64,000 nucleotides of DNA from an uncultured Planctomycetota bacterium (GTDB taxonomy: Bacteria; Planctomycetota; PLA2; JAEUHO01): positions 24,961 through 88,960 of the forward strand of contig CAWDIE010000009.1 of assembly GCA_963802335.1 (NCBI GenBank), given 5' to 3'. Below the pieces are notes generated by a model. That model saw nothing but the letters and a program-made list of their open reading frames with translations, was not told the origin of the DNA and did no database searches. Shown piece by piece: positions 28,557 through 38,101 of this stretch (positions are counted from its first letter, which is position 1; each line of letters opens with the position of its first letter). A program made the position numbers and the translations under genes.

Positions 28557-29821
28557 GGCGCCGGGTCGCTATCCTCCTGTGCCTCGCCGGACTTGGCGTG
28601 GCCGCCGCGCCCACGTGGGCGGAGGAGGTACGCGTCTCGTGCGTCACGCACTGCCACGGGGAGGAGAGTCGAGCGTTCGAGGAGAGCGTCCACGCGAAGA
28701 CCCTCGGCTGCACCGATTGCCACGGCGGCGACCCGACGGCCCAGCGCGACAAGGAGGCTTCCCACAGCGCCGCCGCGAACTTCCGCGGACGCGTGCCCCG
28801 TGAAGCGATTCCCGACCTCTGTTCGTCCTGCCACGCCGATCCGGTTCGCATGCATCGTCACGGCCTGCCGACGGACCAGCGTGCGCACTACGAGCGATCG
28901 GCCCACGGTCGAGCCGTGCTCGAGCGCGGTGATGTGAAGGCCGCCGTCTGTACGGATTGCCACGGATCGCACGCCATTCGCCGCGCCAACGATCCGCTTT
29001 CCCCTTCCGCCGCGGCCAATCAACCCGCCACTTGCGGCGCATGCCACAGCGACGCGGAGGCCATGGCGCCCTACGGCCTGGCGACGGACGTGGTGGAGCG
29101 ATTCGTCGCCAGCGTGCACGGGGAGGCCCTGCTCCGCAACCGTACGCGGGGCGCGCCGACCTGCTCGAGTTGCCACGGGGCGCACGCGGCTTCGCCCCCC
29201 GGCGTCGCCGACATCGTGGACGTATGCAGCCACTGCCACGCCTCCACGGCGGATCACTACCGCACGAGCCCGCACTTCCAGAGCGAGGACATGAGCTGCC
29301 GGGCCTGCCACGAGGAGGAGGGTACGGAGTTTCGTCGGAGCGGCTGCGCCGCCTGCCATGGCGCGCACGACATCGCGTCGGCCGATCTCGACCTCTATGC
29401 GGGCGACGCGCCGGGTCACTGCGACCACTGCCACCGGGACGGCGACGCTGCGGTCGACCGCGTGCGCGACGCGATCCTCTCCGGACGCGCTGCTGTCAAG
29501 CAAGGCATGGAGGACACGCAGGCGCTGATCGAACAAGGCAAGGCCCGCGGCCTTTTTCTCGAGAACGAGAAGCTCTACGTGCGCGAGTCGGCGTTGACGC
29601 TCGTCTCCTACCGCCCGCTGGCGCACGGACTCGATGCGGATGCGCTGGAGAACCACCTCGATCTCGGACTCAGGCGCCAGGACCGTACGCGGGAGATGCT
29701 CGAGAAGAAGAGCGCCGTGTCGCGTGACCGTCGCATCGTCATCCTCGCGTTCTCGTTCATCCTCCTCCTCTTCGCCGCGCTGCTGTGGGTGAAGCTCCAG
29801 GCCATCCGGAGACTATCGTGA
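28553..29821 (+). CDS. Multihaem cytochrome c (9 CxxCH plus 1 CxxxCH) with a C-terminal TM anchor.
   Basis: GTGA overlap and a signal peptide. Motifs: CVTHCH, CTDCH, CSSCH, CTDCH, CGACH, CSSCH, CSHCH, CRACH, CAACH, CDHCH. Confidence 0.9.
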   Translation: MRRRVAILLCLAGLGVAAAPTWAEEVRVSCVTHCHGEESRAFEESVHAKTLGCTDCHGGDPTAQRDKEASHSAAANFRGRVPREAIPDLCSSCHADPVRMHRHGLPTDQRAHYERSAHGRAVLERGDVKAAVCTDCHGSHAIRRANDPLSPSAAANQPATCGACHSDAEAMAPYGLATDVVERFVASVHGEALLRNRTRGAPTCSSCHGAHAASPPGVADIVDVCSHCHASTADHYRTSPHFQSEDMSCRACHEEEGTEFRRSGCAACHGAHDIASADLDLYAGDAPGHCDHCHRDGDAAVDRVRDAILSGRAAVKQGMEDTQALIEQGKARGLFLENEKLYVRESALTLVSYRPLAHGLDADALENHLDLGLRRQDRTREMLEKKSAVSRDRRIVILAFSFILLLFAALLWVKLQAIRRLS

Positions 29822-31803
29822 GGCTACCGCGGCTTCCACTGGGGCGCCTGCTCGCCCTCGCCGCGATCGTCCTGGCGGCGGTCGTCGTCGTGGGCGGCGG
29901 CGGCACCTACGTCGCGATGAGCGTGACGACCAAGCCCGAGTTCTGCGCGAGCTGCCACATCATGGAGCCCTACGTCGAGTCGTGGCGTAACTCCAGCCAC
30001 AAGGACGTGGCGTGCGTGGACTGCCACTACGAACCCGGCCTGCTCGAGACCTTCGAAGGGAAGTTCAAGGCCTTGTCACAGCTCGCGAAGTACGTGACGA
30101 GTACACAGGGCACGAAGCCCTGGGCCGAAGTGAGCGACTTCTCGTGCATGCGGAGCGGGTGTCACTCGAACCGATTGCTGGAGGGTGAGATCCAGTTCGG
30201 TCGGATCCGCTTCGATCACCGCCACCACCTGATCGACCTGAAGCGGGGCAAGAAACTCCGCTGCACGTCGTGCCACAGCCAGATCGTCCAGGGCGAGAGC
30301 CACCTCACGGTGACGACGACGACCTGCATTCTCTGTCACTTCCGGGCGGGGGAGGGCGAGGAGAGCAACGACGACTGCAACACCTGCCACGGTCCGCCGC
30401 CCGAGGCCATCGACCTCGACGGGTTCGTGTTTCGCCACGGGGAGTACCTGGCCCGCGGTGTCGACTGCAAGGACTGCCACGGGGATATCACCCGCGGGAC
30501 CGGGGACGTCCCGCGTGCGCGCTGCGGATCCTGCCACAACCGCCAGGAGCACCTCGATCGCTACGACGACGTGGAGTTCATGCACCGCCACCACGTGACG
30601 GACCACTCGGTCGCCTGCCTCGAGTGCCACACGGAGATCGAGCACGGACTGACGCCGAGGAAAGAGCACTACGCCGGCGCATGCGCCGATTGCCACGAGA
30701 AGCCGCACGCCGTCTCGAGCGGCATCTACCAGGGGCTCGGTGGCCGCGAGGTGGAGGACGACCCGAGCGTGATGTTTCGCGCGCGCGTGACCTGCACCGG
30801 GTGCCACCGGCCGCCGTTTCCCGACGCGCCGACGCCGCCTCCGGGGACGACGTGGGCGGCGGATCCGCTCGCTTGTATTGACTGCCACGGCCCCGGTTTC
30901 GACGGGATGGCGGATCACTGGCAGGCCGAGATCCGGGCGACCACCGCCCAGACGAAGGCGGCGCTCGAGGTGCTCGCAGCTGCCATCGACGAGGCAGGGA
31001 AGGAGGCGCCGCCAGCCAGCCGCGAGGCCTATGCCGCGGCGGCCCACAACCTGGGCCTGGTGCTGCTCGATCGCAGCGATGGCGTTCACAACCTGACCTA
31101 CACGCGTGCTCTTCTCCAGCGCGCGGCCGAGGATCTCGCGACCGGGGCCGAAGCGCTTGGTACGCCGCCCACGTTGCCGAAGATCGAAGTCGGCCCGCGC
31201 GTCGCGTCGGACAACGAGTGCACGACGATGTGTCATACGGGGATCGAGTCGGTTGCCGTGCCCCGCTTTGGTCGCTACGGGTTCTCGCACGCACCGCACT
31301 TCCTGAAGGCGGGGCTCGACTGCTCGGACTGCCACGCGATGGAGCCCCACGGCACGACGATCGTGAAGCCTTCGATGTGCATCGAGTGCCACCACGAGGA
31401 CGCCGTCGAGGAGGAGAACTGCGACGTTTGCCACGTGGACGTCGTTGCGCTGCGCGAGTTGGACGCGCCCGACGACGAGGCGTCGATGCTGGGCGTCGAC
31501 TGCATCGGGTGCCACGAGTCCGTGGCGGATGAGCACTCGCTCGACGCGGTCATGAGCGCCTGCTTCGACTGCCACGACGAGGACGAGGGCATCGATACGG
31601 AAGCCTGGTTCACGCGCGTGGACCCGAGCCTGCGGATGGTCGAGAAGCGTCTGGCGGGCTCCACGCGATCCGAGGCGCGGGCGATCCGGCGCGAGCTCGT
31701 CGCGTTGCGCGCCGCGGGCCCCTTCCACCACGGGGCCGCCGCCGAGGCGGCCGTGGCCCGCTGGATGAAGCAGATGGACGACGCGGAGGCCGAGGAGGAC
31801 TGA
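29818..31803 (+). CDS. NapC/NirT(NrfH)-like membrane-anchored multihaem cytochrome c (16 CxxCH plus variant sites).
   Basis: GTGA overlap. N-terminal TM helix followed by CASCH...CVDCH, then 16 canonical CxxCH plus CTTMCH and CMRSGCH. Confidence 0.9.
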   Translation: MRLPRLPLGRLLALAAIVLAAVVVVGGGGTYVAMSVTTKPEFCASCHIMEPYVESWRNSSHKDVACVDCHYEPGLLETFEGKFKALSQLAKYVTSTQGTKPWAEVSDFSCMRSGCHSNRLLEGEIQFGRIRFDHRHHLIDLKRGKKLRCTSCHSQIVQGESHLTVTTTTCILCHFRAGEGEESNDDCNTCHGPPPEAIDLDGFVFRHGEYLARGVDCKDCHGDITRGTGDVPRARCGSCHNRQEHLDRYDDVEFMHRHHVTDHSVACLECHTEIEHGLTPRKEHYAGACADCHEKPHAVSSGIYQGLGGREVEDDPSVMFRARVTCTGCHRPPFPDAPTPPPGTTWAADPLACIDCHGPGFDGMADHWQAEIRATTAQTKAALEVLAAAIDEAGKEAPPASREAYAAAAHNLGLVLLDRSDGVHNLTYTRALLQRAAEDLATGAEALGTPPTLPKIEVGPRVASDNECTTMCHTGIESVAVPRFGRYGFSHAPHFLKAGLDCSDCHAMEPHGTTIVKPSMCIECHHEDAVEEENCDVCHVDVVALRELDAPDDEASMLGVDCIGCHESVADEHSLDAVMSACFDCHDEDEGIDTEAWFTRVDPSLRMVEKRLAGSTRSEARAIRRELVALRAAGPFHHGAAAEAAVARWMKQMDDAEAEED

Positions 31804-31860
31804 CCTCCTTAGGCGCTGCGAGGCGCGATAGACTCCCCGGCTCGATCCGGGAGCCCCTGC

Positions 31861-33441
31861 ATGCCTCGCCGTTCATTACCCGCCCTCCTGCTCGTCCTCG
31901 CGATCGGGGGGCTACTCGCCGTTCCCGTTCGGCCGGCCGGCGCCGACGGCCCCGCCCTCAAGCGCAACGGTGGCTACCTCGGCTTCTTCCTGCGGGAGAC
32001 GGACGACGGCGTCACCATCGAGCGGCTGCATCCGGGGAGCATGGCCGAGCAGGCCGGCTTCCGGGCCGGGGATGCTATTCGCGAGGTGAACGGCCGTCCG
32101 CTCGAGAACGGCGACGCCTTGATCCGCTGGCTCTGGAGCGGGCGGGAACTCAAGGTGGGCATCCGCCGGGGCGACGAGGATGTGACGATCACGACGTCCA
32201 CGCGCGACCTCGACGCGTTGCCGCAGCTCGAGGATGTGGCTTCGGACTTCACGTTGCCGTCCAAGGACGGGGACGGTACGCACAGCCTGAAGGCGCTGCT
32301 ATCCAAGGGGCGTCCCGTCGTCCTGGTGTTCGGGTCGTTCACCTGACCGCCGTTCCGGCGACAGTCGGGGACTGTCCAGGAACTCGCAACGCGCTACCAG
32401 GCCCACGCCGAGTTCCTCATCGTCTACATCCGCGAAGCGCATCCGATCGACAGCAACTGGGCCGACCCGACGCTCGACGTCCGCGACCCCACCACCGACG
32501 AGGAGCGCGCCGGTACGGCCAAGCAATGCGCCCAGTCGCTGGGGCTCGACCTGCCCATGGCCGTCGACGGCGTCGATGACGCCGTGGCTCTGGCCTACAA
32601 CGCCTGGCCCGAGCGCATCTACATCGTGCGCCCCGACGGGCGGATCCACTACAAGAGCGGCCTGGGTCCCTTCGGGTTCCGCCCGGCGGAAGCCGAAGCG
32701 TCGCTGGCGAAGTTGCTGGGGGTGTCCAGACCGACGTCCGAGAGCCCGGACGCCGAAGACGCCGCCGACGCAATCGAAGATGATGGCATCTCCGGCGTCT
32801 GGCGGGGACAGGGCGAAGGTTCCACCACGGGGGGGAAGCCGGTGCCCTTCCGCATCCTCATGCGGGTCGCGAAGGACGGGACGGTCAGCGGGCGCATCGA
32901 AGCGGGTAAGGCTCGCACCCGGCTTCGGCTGGCCGACGCGACGTTCGACCGCACGTCGGGGAAGCTCCACGCGAGCACCCGCTCGCAGGGACAGGCGCTG
33001 ACCGTCGATGCCACCCTCGAGGGCGAGGTGCTCGAGGGGGAGCTGCGCCGGCCGGAGGGGGAGGCGCTCTTCGCCTACGAGCTGAAGCGCGTGCGCAAAG
33101 CCGCGCCGCTCGTTCCGGGCATCGAGAACGCCACCGGCCGCTGGCACGGCGAGGCTACCGACAGCGATCCGGCCCAGGCCGGCAAGGCGGTGGAGCTCGT
33201 GTTGACCGAGGCGGACCCCGAGGCCCTGTCGGGGTCGATCACGATCGACGGCGAGACCGCGCACATCGAGCGCGGTCGCTACGATGCGAAGACCGGTGCC
33301 TTGAGCGGACTCGCGAGCACCGACGACGGCACCTCGTGGCGCATCGTCGCGCAGATCGAAGGGAAGAAGGCCAAGGGCAGCGCATCGATCGGCAACGTAG
33401 CCCTGGTGGTGCCGTTCACGCTGGTGCTCGAGGGGGAATAG
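31861..33441 (+). CDS. PDZ plus iodothyronine-deiodinase-like (thioredoxin-fold) candidate selenoprotein. TGA at 32344-32346 is read as Sec. The C-terminal half is an internal ~100-aa duplication.
   Basis: Listed ORFs 31861-32346 and 32557-33441 are in the same frame, and the only stop between them is that TGA. Read-through gives VVLVFGSFT-U-PPF...FLIVYIREAHPIDSNW, which matches the deiodinase active-site and downstream motifs. Confidence 0.7.
32352..32383 (+). promoter_or_regulatory. Candidate bacterial SECIS hairpin.
   Basis: GUUCCGG-C-GACAGUC-GGG-GACUGUC-CAGGAAC. The stem starts 6 nt after the UGA, and the G-rich apical loop lies about 20 nt downstream of it. Confidence 0.55.
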
Positions 33442-33583
33442 CCCCCAGGACGGTGCGTTGCTGCGCTCGACCGTGCGCCGAAGGGCCGTCTTCGCGACGT
33501 CTCGTTGCAACGGATTCCCGACGGCGATCCTCGTCGCGCAGTGCGCCTTGACTTCCGACGGACCCAGGCCTACACGAAGAGGT

Positions 33584-35356
33584 ATGAAGACGACTCCAGT
33601 TGGGTTGAGTGTCCTCGTTTTCGTGATGGGTCTACTGCTCCTGAGTGCGCCGGCGACGCCGGAGGCCCTCGCCGAGCCGCCGCCGGGTGAAGAGCCCGTT
33701 CCCACGCTCTCCGATGCCGAGGCGCGTGCGCTCGAAGACGCTCGGCGCCATGTAGCCTCGGGCGGCGCGGTCGACGCACCGTTGGGAGAAGGCCGGTCGC
33801 TCTTGGGCTGGCCGGCGTACCCCGTCACCCGCTTGCACGATGCCGTCGAGCACGGCTGGGAGGCCGTAGCGCGTTACCTGCTCGATCACGGCGCCGATCC
33901 CCGAGCCGTCGTCGAGTCGAAGAGCCACTACAACCAACTTCGCCCGACCGACATCGCGCTCCTCCAGGGACACAGGAACCTCCTCCGGTTGCTCAAGGAA
34001 CGCGGCCTTCCGGCCGTCGGACACGAGACGACCGTACAGATCGACGTCGGCGAGGCGGACGATGCACTCGCGTTCATCTCGTTGGACGAGGGGCGGTGGG
34101 CGCGACTCGACACGGACAACATCGGCACCACGACCGCGGCGGACTTCCTCATCTCCCCGAGCGACCGGTTCATCAGCGGCCTGGACGGCTATCACCAGAA
34201 CTTCAAGCACGTCGGGGACGACACGGCCGTCGCGCCGATCACTGCCGCGCAGCTTCCTCCCGGCAATCGGGCGCCGAGCGCAACCGCGTGGCGCTTGGGC
34301 GTGGAGCCCGAGGATGTCCGCGCCGGCCTGCTCTTCCTGGTGCGTACGTCGGTCGGCGCGGTGTTCCGCGTGCAGCTGGTGTCGTTCGACCGGCCGCGCG
34401 GCCGATGCGAGCTGCGGTACGCGCGGCTCGCGACCGGGACGGACGGCGTGGCCGAGCCCCCGGGGGCCCATCGTGAAGCCAGGCCCGAAGGCCCCGTGCA
34501 CGATGCGTCGAACTGGGACGCGATGGTCACGGCGGTCGGCCGGGGGGACTTGAGCACCGTCCAGCGGATGCTCCGGGGAGGCTTCGACTGGCGAAGGCGC
34601 TCCGCCCGCGGGCAAACGGTCCTGCATGCGGCCGTGTCCGCGAAGCAGCCCGCCATCGCGGACTGGATCCTCGAGTACGGGATGACCGGCGGCGAGGCGG
34701 GCATGCCGTCGGTGGATCAGTATCTGGATGTGCACGAGCGGCTGCTCGATGCGCCGGACGAGAACGGCTTCACGCCACTCCATCTCGCTTCGTATACGGG
34801 GCAACCGGATCTCGTGCGCGTGCTGCTCGCTCAAGGCGCTCTCATCCACGCGACGGACGCGAAGGGCCGGACGCCCCTTCACCTCGCGGCCTTGGGCGAT
34901 CACGCTCCCGTCGTGCAGGTCCTCATCGAGGAGGGAGCGCGGGTGCGGCTCGGGGATGCGCGGGGCAACGTGCCCGGGAGCCTCACCTCCAACCCGTCCC
35001 TGGCGGGCTACCTGGGCAAGATCGCCCAGGAGCAGCCGGACCCGGACGAGCGAGCCGTGCGCGCCCTGCTCGACCGGTTGGTCAAGGCGCTGCGCCGCGG
35101 GGACCGAGCGACGCTGTCACGCCTTCTTCCTCGCGGCGACGTCGCTGGTTTGCCGGATCCCTTGGTCCCCGTGGCGTTCACGTCGCGGACTCAGAGCTTC
35201 CGGTTGGGCCTCCGCGACGCGGAGGCAGCTGTCGTGCTTACGCTCGAGGAACCAACGCCTGTGGTCGCCGGATTCCGCTTGACGGTCTCGCTGGCGAAGG
35301 ATGTGGAGACGGATACCTGGCGCGTCCGGCACTCCGAACTCGCGCGTCAACTCTAG
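33584..35356 (+). CDS. Secreted ankyrin-repeat protein.
   Basis: Signal peptide. ANK motifs such as NGFTPLHLASYTGQPDLVRVLLAQGA and KGRTPLHLAALGDHAPVVQVLIEEGA. Confidence 0.8.
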   Translation: MKTTPVGLSVLVFVMGLLLLSAPATPEALAEPPPGEEPVPTLSDAEARALEDARRHVASGGAVDAPLGEGRSLLGWPAYPVTRLHDAVEHGWEAVARYLLDHGADPRAVVESKSHYNQLRPTDIALLQGHRNLLRLLKERGLPAVGHETTVQIDVGEADDALAFISLDEGRWARLDTDNIGTTTAADFLISPSDRFISGLDGYHQNFKHVGDDTAVAPITAAQLPPGNRAPSATAWRLGVEPEDVRAGLLFLVRTSVGAVFRVQLVSFDRPRGRCELRYARLATGTDGVAEPPGAHREARPEGPVHDASNWDAMVTAVGRGDLSTVQRMLRGGFDWRRRSARGQTVLHAAVSAKQPAIADWILEYGMTGGEAGMPSVDQYLDVHERLLDAPDENGFTPLHLASYTGQPDLVRVLLAQGALIHATDAKGRTPLHLAALGDHAPVVQVLIEEGARVRLGDARGNVPGSLTSNPSLAGYLGKIAQEQPDPDERAVRALLDRLVKALRRGDRATLSRLLPRGDVAGLPDPLVPVAFTSRTQSFRLGLRDAEAAVVLTLEEPTPVVAGFRLTVSLAKDVETDTWRVRHSELARQL

Positions 35357-35365
35357 GAGGCGACC

Positions 35366-35908
35366 ATGCGATCACGATGCACGCTCCTGTGCTTGCTCCT
35401 CGTTCTCGTCGCGTCGGGGTTCGCCGAAGCCGATGAGCTGGCGCGGGTGCGCGCCCAGATGCGCGACGAGCAGGCCACGATCCGCGACTGCATACTCAAG
35501 ATCGAGCAGGCGGAAAGGAACCTGACCGAGTGGCGCCTCGACGTGGAGATCGAGGGGGTTCCCCGGAAGGCGCTGAACGCGCACGAGAAGCGGATGGCCG
35601 CGCTGCGAGCTGAGGTGGCCAAGGCCGAGGCCGCGCGGCTGGCGGTCGAGCGAAAGTCCGGCTGGTGGGAACCGAGTTGGACGGGCAGGAAAGGAAGCAG
35701 GTCCTTGGCCTCGTGGATTCTGGCCAGCTTCTTCCCCGAGGGGCATCAGCCCTTTGCGGCGGAACTCGCGTCCACGAAGCTTGCCTGGGAGCAGGCCCAG
35801 CAGCGACTCGAGGACGAGGTCCCGGCCTTCGAGGAGCGACTCCGGGCGGGACGCGTTCAGCGTGGCGCAGGTCAAAGGCGGTGTCTGGGAGAAGAACGAC
35901 CCCGGTAA
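35366..35908 (+). CDS. Secreted coiled-coil protein. It may be the 5' part of a single gene that continues in another frame.
   Basis: Signal peptide. The last ~19 codons are Arg-rich and look non-coding. Confidence 0.55.
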   Translation: MRSRCTLLCLLLVLVASGFAEADELARVRAQMRDEQATIRDCILKIEQAERNLTEWRLDVEIEGVPRKALNAHEKRMAALRAEVAKAEAARLAVERKSGWWEPSWTGRKGSRSLASWILASFFPEGHQPFAAELASTKLAWEQAQQRLEDEVPAFEERLRAGRVQRGAGQRRCLGEERPR

Positions 35909-36590
35909 GCCGCACCCCGTGACCGCGAGGGGGATTCGACGCCTCGAGCAGATGGCGGACAAAGGGGACGCGAACCAGGCGGTGCTGCAAGCCAACATCG
36001 ACCTGGCGAGCAGCACCAAGCGCCGCCTGGAGGCCGAACGCAAGGCCGCCGAGGGTCGTCTTCGCGAGCTGCGTGTCAAGGAGCGCGGTCTCCTCCTGGA
36101 ACCCGTCGTCCCCGTCACGATCCGCTACCGCGGGGGAGCGAGCAAGTTCTTCAAGGACGCCATGCGGCAGGCGTGGAAGGACCTCGTCGCCCAGACCCGA
36201 AGCCGGCTGATCGAGAAGTCCTTCGTCGTGTCGCCCATGACCATGGAGGTCACGGAGTCCGAGGGCGGCGGGATCGCCACCATCACGCGCTGCACCATGA
36301 AGCTGAGCTACGCGGTCGAGGGCGCGACGGAAGCCAGCGGCTACATGAACATCAGCGTCACCTTCGAGCCGGGGCGCGGCGTCGTAGGCAAGGTGCTGCG
36401 AGGGAAGGCGACGCTCACCATCGAGGGCGTCGAGCGGGAAGGTGAGACGCCACGCGTGTACGCCCCTCAGACCCAGGAACACGCCTGGGTCGCGACGCCG
36501 GGAGATGCGTCGGGCCGTACGTACCTCGTGTCGTTCGGGAAGACCGGAAAGCCCCTCATGAAGTTCGAGCGGATCGACAGCGGGCCTTAG
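35862..36590 (+). CDS. Hypothetical protein. It may be the 3' part of the preceding gene after a frame break.
   Basis: Coding-like sequence starts at about 35850 in frame 3 (DAFSVAQVKGGVWEKNDPGK...). A GTG at 35862 is an alternative independent start. Confidence 0.5.
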   Translation: MAQVKGGVWEKNDPGKPHPVTARGIRRLEQMADKGDANQAVLQANIDLASSTKRRLEAERKAAEGRLRELRVKERGLLLEPVVPVTIRYRGGASKFFKDAMRQAWKDLVAQTRSRLIEKSFVVSPMTMEVTESEGGGIATITRCTMKLSYAVEGATEASGYMNISVTFEPGRGVVGKVLRGKATLTIEGVEREGETPRVYAPQTQEHAWVATPGDASGRTYLVSFGKTGKPLMKFERIDSGP

Positions 36591-36627
36591 GAGAGCGGAC
36601 CGGCGGCCGTGCGGTGTCCCCGCCTTC

Positions 36628-37002
36628 GTGCACCATGCGCGCATGGACGACTCCCTGGCTCGACTGCAGGCCCTGGCGGTCCACTTTCGTGACGAGCGTG
36701 ACTGGAAACAGTTCCACCGCCTGAAGGACCTGGCCTTGGGGCTCACGGCCGAGGCGGGCGAACTCGCCGAGCTCTTCCTCTGGAAGACGGACGAGGAACT
36801 CGCCTTGTTGAGGGAGGACTCGCCCGAGCGCCATCGCCTGGGCGAAGAGCTCGCCGACATCTTGATGTACCTGCTCTACCTCGCCGACGCGTCGGGCCTG
36901 GATCTGGCTGAGGCCTGCCGGGCGAAGATCCAGACGAACGGCTTGAAGTACCCCGTCGAGAAGGCCCGGGGAACGGCGCGCAAGTACACCGAGCTCGAGT
37001 AG
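36628..37002 (+). CDS. MazG-like nucleotide pyrophosphohydrolase.
   Basis: RDWKQFH..KDLAL.L..EAGEL.E.F.W......LGEELADILMYLL.LA...G.DL......K...N..KYP. Confidence 0.8.
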   Translation: MHHARMDDSLARLQALAVHFRDERDWKQFHRLKDLALGLTAEAGELAELFLWKTDEELALLREDSPERHRLGEELADILMYLLYLADASGLDLAEACRAKIQTNGLKYPVEKARGTARKYTELE

Positions 37003-37004
37003 CC

Positions 37005-37070
37005 CTACGGTGCCAGGCACGTTATCGCCAACTTCCAGTACGGTGCCAGGCACGCTTTCGCCAACTTCGG
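37005..37070. repeat. REP-like units E: two tandem units in inverted orientation, immediately upstream of the RAYT gene.
   Basis: CTACGGTGCCAGGCACGTTATCGCCAACTTCC followed by AGTACGGTGCCAGGCACGCTTTCGCCAACTTCGG. Confidence 0.9.
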
Positions 37071-37118
37071 CGTGACCGACCGGCTCCCCCAAGCGACTGA
37101 ACGCTGAAGGGAGTCCGC

Positions 37119-38090
37119 ATGACACGCCAGCATCGCTGGGACGAGCCCGGCCTCAAGCTCCACATCACGAACCGGGGGGGAGCGAAGCGCACGCTCATGG
37201 AAGTCCGGCGCGACTTCCGTACCTTCCTTGCAGCGCTTGCCTGTTCCGTGCGTCGCGGAGAAATCCAGGTTCTCGCGTACGCGCTCATGATGAACCACTT
37301 CCACCTCTTCGTGCAGAGCCTGGGGGCGCTGTCCGAGGCCATGCAGCGGATCCAGACGGCGTACGTGCGGTACTTCAATCGGTCGCGACGTCGGGACAGT
37401 CCCCTGCTTCGAGGGCGGTTCTTCTCCAAGCCGGTGATGACGTACGCCTACGAGGGCAACCTCCTCTTCTACATCCACGAGAACCCGGTCGGCGCGCGTC
37501 TCGTCGCACGCGCCGAAGACTGGGAGTGGAGTAGTGCCTACCACTTCGCCCGAGATGCCCTGCCTCCGTGGTTGACTCCCGACGTGTGGGAGCGTCACCG
37601 CGGGATCTGGGCTTCGAAAATGCGTGATAAGAGCGCGTCCCCGGAGCGCATCGAGCTGATCGAGCGACGGCTGATCATGCCGGCCCATGGCGAGGATCCT
37701 CTCGACACGCTTCTCTCCGACGTGCCGGAGCGTGTTTGGAGCTGGATGGTCCGCAAGGCGGCGCTGGCGGACGGCACGCGTCCGGGAATGCCGGCCGCCG
37801 GGATCAAAGCGGTCCGACGTGTGCTGGGCGAGGCCGCGGAGAGGCAACTTTCCCTCGTCGTTCACCTCGAAGGCTCGCGCGCGTATCCCTGCGGACGGCT
37901 GCTGGAGGCGGCCTTGCTGAGGGATGTGGCAGGCGCCACCTACACCGAGGTCGGACGCCTGATGGGGCAGAGCGCGGCAACGTGCAAGCGATTGCACCAG
38001 CTCCACGGCCGCGCGATTCAGGAGGATGAGGCGTACAGGCGCTTGGCCCAGGAGTTGGTCATGGCGTGCGTGCGGCCGCTGCGGGTGTGA
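37119..38090 (+). CDS. REP-associated tyrosine transposase (RAYT; IS200/IS605-like Y1 HUH transposase family).
   Basis: LHITNRG..., HUH motif MNHFHLFVQ, then YVRYFNRS.RR.SPLLRGRFFSKPV and the catalytic-Tyr motif FYIHENPV.ARLV...EDWEWSS. Flanked by REP units of opposite orientation. Confidence 0.85.
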   Translation: MTRQHRWDEPGLKLHITNRGGAKRTLMEVRRDFRTFLAALACSVRRGEIQVLAYALMMNHFHLFVQSLGALSEAMQRIQTAYVRYFNRSRRRDSPLLRGRFFSKPVMTYAYEGNLLFYIHENPVGARLVARAEDWEWSSAYHFARDALPPWLTPDVWERHRGIWASKMRDKSASPERIELIERRLIMPAHGEDPLDTLLSDVPERVWSWMVRKAALADGTRPGMPAAGIKAVRRVLGEAAERQLSLVVHLEGSRAYPCGRLLEAALLRDVAGATYTEVGRLMGQSAATCKRLHQLHGRAIQEDEAYRRLAQELVMACVRPLRV

Positions 38091-38101
38091 CGGCGGACGA
38101 T

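Noticed and set aside
32344-32346. Reading the TGA as a true stop, giving a 161-aa PDZ-only protein and a separate downstream gene starting at 32557.
   Set aside because: This would cut a thioredoxin-fold domain one residue before its catalytic position. It would also leave 210 nt of perfectly in-frame, family-conserved sequence (PPF...VYIREAHPIDSNW) untranslated. The 32557 ATG has no SD and falls in the middle of the domain. It remains the fallback if the genome lacks the Sec machinery.
36628-38090. The MazG-like pyrophosphohydrolase plus RAYT as a functional (for example defence-related) gene pair.
   Set aside because: The two genes are separated by the REP doublet that belongs to the RAYT locus. 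The adjacency is most simply explained by RAYT/REP insertion downstream of an unrelated housekeeping gene.
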